Source: Variovorax ureilyticus (lineage in GTDB: Bacteria > Pseudomonadota > Gammaproteobacteria > Burkholderiales > Burkholderiaceae_C). Taken from it: a stretch of DNA of 24,000 bases. Positions 18,943 through 24,000 of the stretch are shown here, piece after piece. The DNA is taken from NCBI RefSeq assembly GCF_037889935.1, contig NZ_JBBKZU010000016.1:84407-108406 (forward strand). The letters run 5' to 3'. A program made the position numbers and the translations under genes. The notes under the pieces are model-generated. The model ran no database searches, was not told the DNA's origin, and worked only from the letters and a program-made list of their open reading frames with translations. Position 1 is the stretch's first letter. Each line of letters begins with the position of its first letter.

Positions 18943-19683
18943 ATGAACCCACTTTTTGAACTCCAGGATTTCAGCGTCGCCTACGGCGCGGTCGAGGCGG
19001 TGCACAGCGTCGCCCTGCGTGTGGACGAGGGCGAGATCGTCACCGTCATCGGCCCCAACGGCGCGGGCAAGACCACGCTGTTGTGCGCGGCGATGGGCCT
19101 GCTGCCGTCCACCGGCAGCGTGACGCTCGCCGGTGAGCGCATCGCGCGGCCGAGCGTCGAGGCGATGGTCGCGCGCGGCGTGGCGCTGGTGCCCGAGCGG
19201 CGCGAACTGTTCGGCGAGATGCCGGTCGAGGACAACCTGCTGCTCGGCGGCTTCTACCGCTGGCGCACCGGTCGGCGCGACCAGCGCGAGCGCATGGAAG
19301 AAGTCTTCGCGATCTTCCCGCGCCTGAAGGAGCGCCGCGCGCAACTCGCGAGCACGCTCTCGGGCGGCGAGCGGCAGATGCTCGCGATCGGCCGAGCGCT
19401 GATGGCGCGTCCGAAGCTGCTGATGCTCGACGAGCCTTCGCTCGGCCTCGCGCCACTGATCGTGCGCGAAGTGCTGAACGTCGTCTCGTCGCTGCGCTCG
19501 CACGGCGTCTCGGTGCTGCTCGTGGAGCAGAACGCGCGCGCCGCACTGCAGGTCGCCGATCGCGGCTACGTGCTGGAAACAGGCGCAGTCGCGCTCACCG
19601 GTCCCGCACAGGCGTTACTGCACGACCGGCGAATCATCGACACCTATCTCGGCCTCGGCAACAAGCATGCCGTCGCGGCCTGA
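18943..19683 (+). CDS. ABC transporter ATP-binding protein, LivF type
   Basis: 246 aa with Walker A GPNGAGKTT, signature LSGGERQMLAIGRAL, Walker B LLMLDEPSLGLAP and an H-loop region VLLVEQN. Confidence 0.9.
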   Translation: MNPLFELQDFSVAYGAVEAVHSVALRVDEGEIVTVIGPNGAGKTTLLCAAMGLLPSTGSVTLAGERIARPSVEAMVARGVALVPERRELFGEMPVEDNLLLGGFYRWRTGRRDQRERMEEVFAIFPRLKERRAQLASTLSGGERQMLAIGRALMARPKLLMLDEPSLGLAPLIVREVLNVVSSLRSHGVSVLLVEQNARAALQVADRGYVLETGAVALTGPAQALLHDRRIIDTYLGLGNKHAVAA

Positions 19684-19700
19684 TTCCTTCGGAGAAATTG

Positions 19701-21746
19701 ATGACCCAGATCCTTCAGAGCTTCATCGCCGGCCGCTGGCTTGGCCAACAGGGCGCGCAGGTGCTCCAGAGTGCCGTCAACGGACGTCCGGTCGCGAGCA
19801 CGCATGCCGAGTCCATCGACTTCGGCGAGGCGCTGCACCACGCGCGCACCGTGGGCCTTGCGAACCTACTCGCCATGGACTTCCAGCAGCGCGCCCAGCG
19901 CCTGCGCGCGCTTGCCAAGTACCTCGCGGAGCACAAGGAAGAGCTCTATGCCATCTCGGCGCACACCGGCGCGACCCGCGCCGACAGCTGGATCGACATC
20001 GAAGGGGGCGCCGGCACGCTCGCGGCCTATGCGGGCATCGGCGGCAACGAGCTGCCCTCGGGCAACCTCGTGCACGAAGGCCCGCCGATTCCGCTCGGCA
20101 AGAAGGGCAGCTTCGCCGGCACACACATCCTGGTGCCCCGCCGTGGCGTCGCCGTCCACATCAACGCCTTCAACTTCCCGGTGTGGGGCCTGCTCGAAAA
20201 GTGGGCGCCCAGCTTCCTGGCGGGCATGCCGTGCATCGGCAAGCCGGCGACCTCGACCAGCTACCTCACCGAAGCACTGGTGCGGCTCATGCATCGCTCG
20301 GGCCTGCTGCCCGAAGGCAGCCTGCAGCTCGTCATCGGCAGCACCGGCGACCTGCTCGACCGGCTCGATGGCGCCGACGTGGTCACCTTCACCGGCTCGG
20401 CAGATACCGCTGCGAAGCTGCGCGTGCATCCGAACATCGTGCGGCAGTCGATCCCGTTCAACGCCGAGGCCGATTCGCTCAACTGTGCGATCCTGGCGCC
20501 CGACGTGTCGCCCGAGGATGAGGAGTTCGATCTCTTCGTCAAGGAAGTGGCGCGCGAGATGACGGTCAAGTCCGGCCAGAAGTGCACCGCGATCCGCCGC
20601 GCGATCGTGCCGCGCCAGCATCTCGATGCCGTGGCCGAGCGGCTGCGCACGCGTCTTGCGAAGACGGTGGTCGGCGACCCGGCGCTCGAAAGCGTACGCA
20701 TGGGCGCGCTCGCATCGCACGCACAGCAGGCCGACGTCGCCGAGCGCGTGCGCACGCTGATGCAGGGTGCCGAGCTGGTCTGGGGCGAGCGCGACGGTTT
20801 CGCGCCCCAGGGCGAGGGCGTAGCCGAAGGCGCGTTCTTCTCGCCGACCTTGCTGCTGTCGCGCGATCCGCTGCGCCACGACGCGGTCCACGATGTCGAG
20901 GCCTTCGGCCCCGTCAGCACGCTGATGCCCTACGACGGAATCGATGAAGCGCTGGCGCTCGCGGCGCGCGGTCGCGGAAGCCTGGTCGGCACGCTGGTCA
21001 CCAAGGATCCGGCGACTGCGGCGAAGGCCATCCCGATCGCGGCGGCGCATCACGGCCGCATGCTGGTGCTCGATCGCGAAGCGGCGGTCGAATCCACCGG
21101 CCACGGCTCGCCGCTGCCTTTCCTGAAGCACGGCGGCCCGGGTCGCGCGGGCGGCGGCGAAGAGCTGGGCGGCCTGCGCGCTGTCAAGCACTACCTGCAG
21201 CGCACCGCGGTGCAGGGCTCGCCGACGATGATCGCCGCGGTCACCGGCGAGTACATGCGCGGCGCGAAGCTCAACGAATCCGAGGTGCATCCGTTCCGCA
21301 AGCACTTCGAGGATCTGGCGGTCGGCGATTCGCTGCTCACGCATCGCCGCACCGTCAGCGAGGCCGACATCGTCGCCTTCGGCGGCATCTCGGGCGACTA
21401 CTTCTACATGCATTTCGACGAGATCGCGGCCAAGGAAAGCCCGTTCGGCAAGCGCATCGCACACGGCTACTTCGTGCTCTCGGCGGCGGCGGGCCTCTTC
21501 GTCTCGCCGGCGCCGGGGCCGGTGCTCGCGAACTACGGGCTCGACACGCTGCGCTTCGTCAAGCCGGTGGGCATCGGCGACACGATCCGCGCGCGCCTGA
21601 CCTGCAAGCGCAAGATCGACCGCAACAAGAAGGACGCCAACGGCGTCGGCCAGGGCGTGGTCGCCTGGGACGTGGAAGTGACCAATCAGGACGGCGATCT
21701 GGTTGCCAGCTACGACATCCTGACGCTGGTCGCCAAGCGCAGCTGA
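19701..21746 (+). CDS. paaZ: Bifunctional oxepin-CoA hydrolase / 3-oxo-5,6-dehydrosuberyl-CoA semialdehyde dehydrogenase (ALDH domain plus C-terminal MaoC hotdog domain)
   Basis: 681 aa from the ATG at 19701, with GGAGA at 19691-19695. The N-terminal aldehyde dehydrogenase domain contains the catalytic-Cys context SGQKCTAIRR. The C-terminal ~150 aa form a MaoC-type dehydratase domain (...FGGISGDYFYMHFDE..A....FGKRIAHGY...). This domain fusion is diagnostic for PaaZ. Confidence 0.9.
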   Translation: MTQILQSFIAGRWLGQQGAQVLQSAVNGRPVASTHAESIDFGEALHHARTVGLANLLAMDFQQRAQRLRALAKYLAEHKEELYAISAHTGATRADSWIDIEGGAGTLAAYAGIGGNELPSGNLVHEGPPIPLGKKGSFAGTHILVPRRGVAVHINAFNFPVWGLLEKWAPSFLAGMPCIGKPATSTSYLTEALVRLMHRSGLLPEGSLQLVIGSTGDLLDRLDGADVVTFTGSADTAAKLRVHPNIVRQSIPFNAEADSLNCAILAPDVSPEDEEFDLFVKEVAREMTVKSGQKCTAIRRAIVPRQHLDAVAERLRTRLAKTVVGDPALESVRMGALASHAQQADVAERVRTLMQGAELVWGERDGFAPQGEGVAEGAFFSPTLLLSRDPLRHDAVHDVEAFGPVSTLMPYDGIDEALALAARGRGSLVGTLVTKDPATAAKAIPIAAAHHGRMLVLDREAAVESTGHGSPLPFLKHGGPGRAGGGEELGGLRAVKHYLQRTAVQGSPTMIAAVTGEYMRGAKLNESEVHPFRKHFEDLAVGDSLLTHRRTVSEADIVAFGGISGDYFYMHFDEIAAKESPFGKRIAHGYFVLSAAAGLFVSPAPGPVLANYGLDTLRFVKPVGIGDTIRARLTCKRKIDRNKKDANGVGQGVVAWDVEVTNQDGDLVASYDILTLVAKRS

Positions 21747-21758
21747 AGCTGCGCTTTT
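21736..21758 (+). terminator. Putative intrinsic terminator at the end of paaZ
   Basis: A perfect 8-bp stem, AGCGCAGC(tgaa)GCTGCGCT, is followed by TTT. The paaZ stop codon TGA (21744-21746) lies in the loop. The T tract is short, so efficiency is uncertain. Confidence 0.5.
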
Positions 21759-21770
21759 GCGGTGCATGTT

Positions 21771-21792
21771 CGCCCGGCTTGCCAACCGGGCG
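21771..21792 (+). other. Second GC-rich hairpin in the paaZ-mscS spacer
   Basis: A 7-bp stem, CGCCCGG(cttgccaa)CCGGGCG, is followed by tt. Its function is unknown; it may be a backup terminator or an mRNA-end structure. Confidence 0.3.
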
Positions 21793-21813
21793 TTCGTGAG
21801 CACAATCCGCCGC

Positions 21814-24000
21814 ATGCATGGACTTGTGCCCGCACCGAGGGGAATCCTGCCGATCCTCCTCGGCATCGTGGCCTGCGTGGCGTGTCTTTCGGGTCCGCGA
21901 TCGTGGGCCGCATCCGCCGATGAGCCCGTCGTCGCCACAGCCCCGGCCGCCACGGTCGAACCCATCCCGGCCGCCGACATCACCGCGCGCGCCGATGCGG
22001 ACGAGCAGCGCATCCAGCTCGCGGTGCAGCGCGCCAGGCAGGACGAAGAGCTCCAGCGGGTCGATGCGAGCCTGGCCCGGCATTCGGCGTCCATCGGCCA
22101 GCTCGCCCAGCAATCCGCCGATCGCAAGCTGGCCGAGCTGCCGGTGCGCCGGCTCGAAAGCCTGCATCGCCACTGGCAGCTCTACACGCGCGAGATCGCC
22201 GACCTGCGCACCCGCGCCGCGCGTGTCGCGCGCGAGTTGTCCGAGGATGCGGCAGACCTCGCCCGGATGCGGCTCGAGTGGCGCGCCACCGCGAGCGAAG
22301 CGCAGTCTGCCGCGCCGGCATTGCGAGAACGCATCGACGAACTCATCGAGAAGGTCGAGGCCGCCGAGAAGATCGTTGCCGACCCGCTCGCCAAGGCCCT
22401 GCATCAGGGGCGCATGGCGGGCGAACTTGCGCGGCAGGTGCGCGAGGAGGAGGCGACCGTCCTCGCGCTGATCGACGAGAAGGACCGGCGTCTGCTCGCG
22501 ATGGATTCGCTGCCGCTGTGGCAGGCCGCGGGCAGCGCGCGCATCGAGCTCGAACCCTTTCGCATCGGGCTGCGCCAGAGCCTCGCGATCGAGTCGGCTC
22601 TCGCGCGCGACCACGACGCGGCGAACGTCAACCTGCTGCGGGTGCTCGTCGCCGCGGCGGTGGCGCTGCTGCCGCTCCTGCTGTGGCTGCGCGGAAGAGC
22701 CAACCGCCTGGTGGCCGAGGGCCTGGTGTCGCCGGAGTCGGTCCAGCCGCTCGGCCGGCCATGGGCTGCGTGGCTGGTGCTCATCGCCTTGTTCGCGGTG
22801 CTGTTCGACTTCAAGGGTCCGGCCGTCCGGCAGCAGATGTTCATGCTGCTGGCCTGGCCGCCGATGCTGCGGCTGCTCCCCTCGCGGCTGCTGGATGCGG
22901 TCGGGCCCTGGGCCTACCTGGGCGCGGGCTTCTATCTGCTGAACATGCTGGCGTCGCTGCCGGTGAGCAACGAATTCCTGTACCGGAGCTTCGTGCTGCT
23001 GCTGGACCTCGCGATGCTCGCCACCGTGGTGATGCTCTTCGTGCGTGCGCGCCGCAATGTCCCGATCGGGACGCCGGCGCACCGGCAGCCGGTCATGGTC
23101 CTCCTGCTCGGCGCGGCCGCGGCGGCGCTCGGCCTGGCGGCGGTGTCCAACCTGCTCGGCAACGTCTCGCTTGCCACGACGCTGGCCTCGGCGGTACTCG
23201 ACAGCAGCTATCTCGGCCTGGTCATGTACGCCGCGGTGACCATCGTGGTGGCTCTCGCACAGGTGCTCTTCGTGCGGCACGACGCCTCGCAGGCCGCGCA
23301 CGGCGGCCGGTCGTGGTCGCAGACCGGCGCCCAGCTAGGGCGCGCCTTGATGGCGCTGGCGTTCGTGGTGATCCTGTTGCAGTCGTTCCGCATCTACCGG
23401 CCGCTGTCGGACATGCTGTCGCGCGCGCTCAATCACGTGTTCACGCTCGGCACCATCTCTCTGAGCCTGGGCAACATCGTGGCCTTCGTCGGCGCCGTGT
23501 TCGTGGCCTTCTGGGTGGCCCGCGTGATCCGGCTGGTGCTGCAGAAGGATGTGCTGCCCTCGATGTCGCTGCCGCGCGGCGTCGGCAACAGCATCTCGTC
23601 GCTGACCTACTACTTCGTCGTCACCTTCGGCCTGCTGATGGCTCTGGGCGTGCTGGGCTTTCCGATCGGGCAACTGGCGATCGTGTTCGGCGCGCTCGGC
23701 GTCGGCATCGGCTTCGGCCTGCAGGATGTGGTGAAGAACTTCGTCGCGGGCCTGATCCTCATGTTCGAGCGGCCCATCCGTCCGGGCGATGTCGTGGACA
23801 TCGCGGGCCTGCTGGGCACGGTGAGCCACATCGGCATCCGCGCCACCATCGTCACCACCTTCGAGGGCGCGGACGTGGTGATCCCCAACGGCGTGCTCCT
23901 CGCCGACAAGCTCGTGAACTGGACGCTCAGCGGCACCCGCCGCCGCTTCGAGCTGGAAGTGAACACACGGCCGGAAGTGCCCGCGGAGCGGACGATGGCG
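21814..24000 (+). CDS. MscS-family mechanosensitive ion channel with a large N-terminal periplasmic/coiled-coil extension (MscK/MscM-like); partial, 3' end beyond the window
   Basis: This frame was translated by hand and is absent from the ORF track, apparently because the frame has no stop codon in the window. It reads MHGLVPAPRGILPILLGIVACVACLSGPRSWAASADEP... (signal peptide), then an Ala/Arg/Glu/Leu-rich stretch, then multiple TM helices, then the MscS core ...GALGVGIGFGLQDVVKNFVAGLILMFERPIRPGDVVDIAGLLGTVSHIGIRATIVTTFEGADVVIPNGVLLADKLVNWT.... The frame is open from 21814 to 24000 (729 codons). Confidence 0.85.
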   Translation, partial: MHGLVPAPRGILPILLGIVACVACLSGPRSWAASADEPVVATAPAATVEPIPAADITARADADEQRIQLAVQRARQDEELQRVDASLARHSASIGQLAQQSADRKLAELPVRRLESLHRHWQLYTREIADLRTRAARVARELSEDAADLARMRLEWRATASEAQSAAPALRERIDELIEKVEAAEKIVADPLAKALHQGRMAGELARQVREEEATVLALIDEKDRRLLAMDSLPLWQAAGSARIELEPFRIGLRQSLAIESALARDHDAANVNLLRVLVAAAVALLPLLLWLRGRANRLVAEGLVSPESVQPLGRPWAAWLVLIALFAVLFDFKGPAVRQQMFMLLAWPPMLRLLPSRLLDAVGPWAYLGAGFYLLNMLASLPVSNEFLYRSFVLLLDLAMLATVVMLFVRARRNVPIGTPAHRQPVMVLLLGAAAAALGLAAVSNLLGNVSLATTLASAVLDSSYLGLVMYAAVTIVVALAQVLFVRHDASQAAHGGRSWSQTGAQLGRALMALAFVVILLQSFRIYRPLSDMLSRALNHVFTLGTISLSLGNIVAFVGAVFVAFWVARVIRLVLQKDVLPSMSLPRGVGNSISSLTYYFVVTFGLLMALGVLGFPIGQLAIVFGALGVGIGFGLQDVVKNFVAGLILMFERPIRPGDVVDIAGLLGTVSHIGIRATIVTTFEGADVVIPNGVLLADKLVNWTLSGTRRRFELEVNTRPEVPAERTMA

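Noticed and set aside
19267-19275. ACCGGTCGG inside the livF-like gene, resembling one and a half arms of the operator.
   Set aside because: The flanks do not complete the palindrome, the site is inside coding sequence, and such GC-rich 9-mers are expected by chance.
21818-22471. The 217-aa ORF from the track (MDLCPHRGESCRSS...) at the start of the last gene.
   Set aside because: It is out of frame by one nucleotide relative to the real gene. The frame starting at 21814 gives a signal peptide, TM helices and the MscS core, and it stays open to the window end. The listed ORF is Pro/Arg/Ser-rich noise.

Overview
This is a very GC-rich proteobacterial chromosomal segment with strong G/C bias at third codon positions. 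It is probably Burkholderiales/Comamonadaceae (Variovorax-like), but that taxon call is only an inference from how the proteins look. No search tools were used; calls rest on recognisable motifs and remembered family sequences.

Layout:
- Left edge: a divergent housekeeping pair, apaG (minus) and rpe (plus), followed by an AstE/AspA-family zinc hydrolase.
- About 2.3-21.7 kb: an aerobic phenylacetate (paa) catabolic island arranged around one divergent control region at about 4.83-5.02 kb.
  - Minus arm: paaY, then a secreted type-B carboxylesterase.
  - Plus arm: 17 co-directional genes, paaG-paaI-paaK-[penicillin G acylase-type Ntn hydrolase]-paaA-B-C-D-E-paaR(TetR)-[LivK-type binding protein, LivH permease, fused LivM-LivG, LivF]-paaZ. 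It ends in a hairpin terminator at the paaZ stop codon.
- Right edge: a large MscS-family mechanosensitive channel, open at the window end. Its true frame is not in the supplied ORF track.

I saw no tRNA/rRNA, CRISPR array, IS/transposase/integrase, or recognisable defence or toxin genes. I cannot support a claim of a wholly new system here.

Most noteworthy:
1. A PGA-like acylase with a lipoprotein signal sits inside the paa operon, and a secreted esterase sits on the divergent arm. Together with the ABC importer, they suggest a module that harvests phenylacetyl conjugates.
2. A structured intergenic repeat of about 100 nt occurs in four copies. Each lies just 3' of a stop codon in sense orientation, and compensatory base changes between copies preserve three stems.
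3. A 20-bp near-perfect palindrome has arms that double as the -35 boxes of two overlapping divergent promoters. It is the putative PaaR operator.

The many long ORFs antisense to these genes are GC-driven shadow ORFs.
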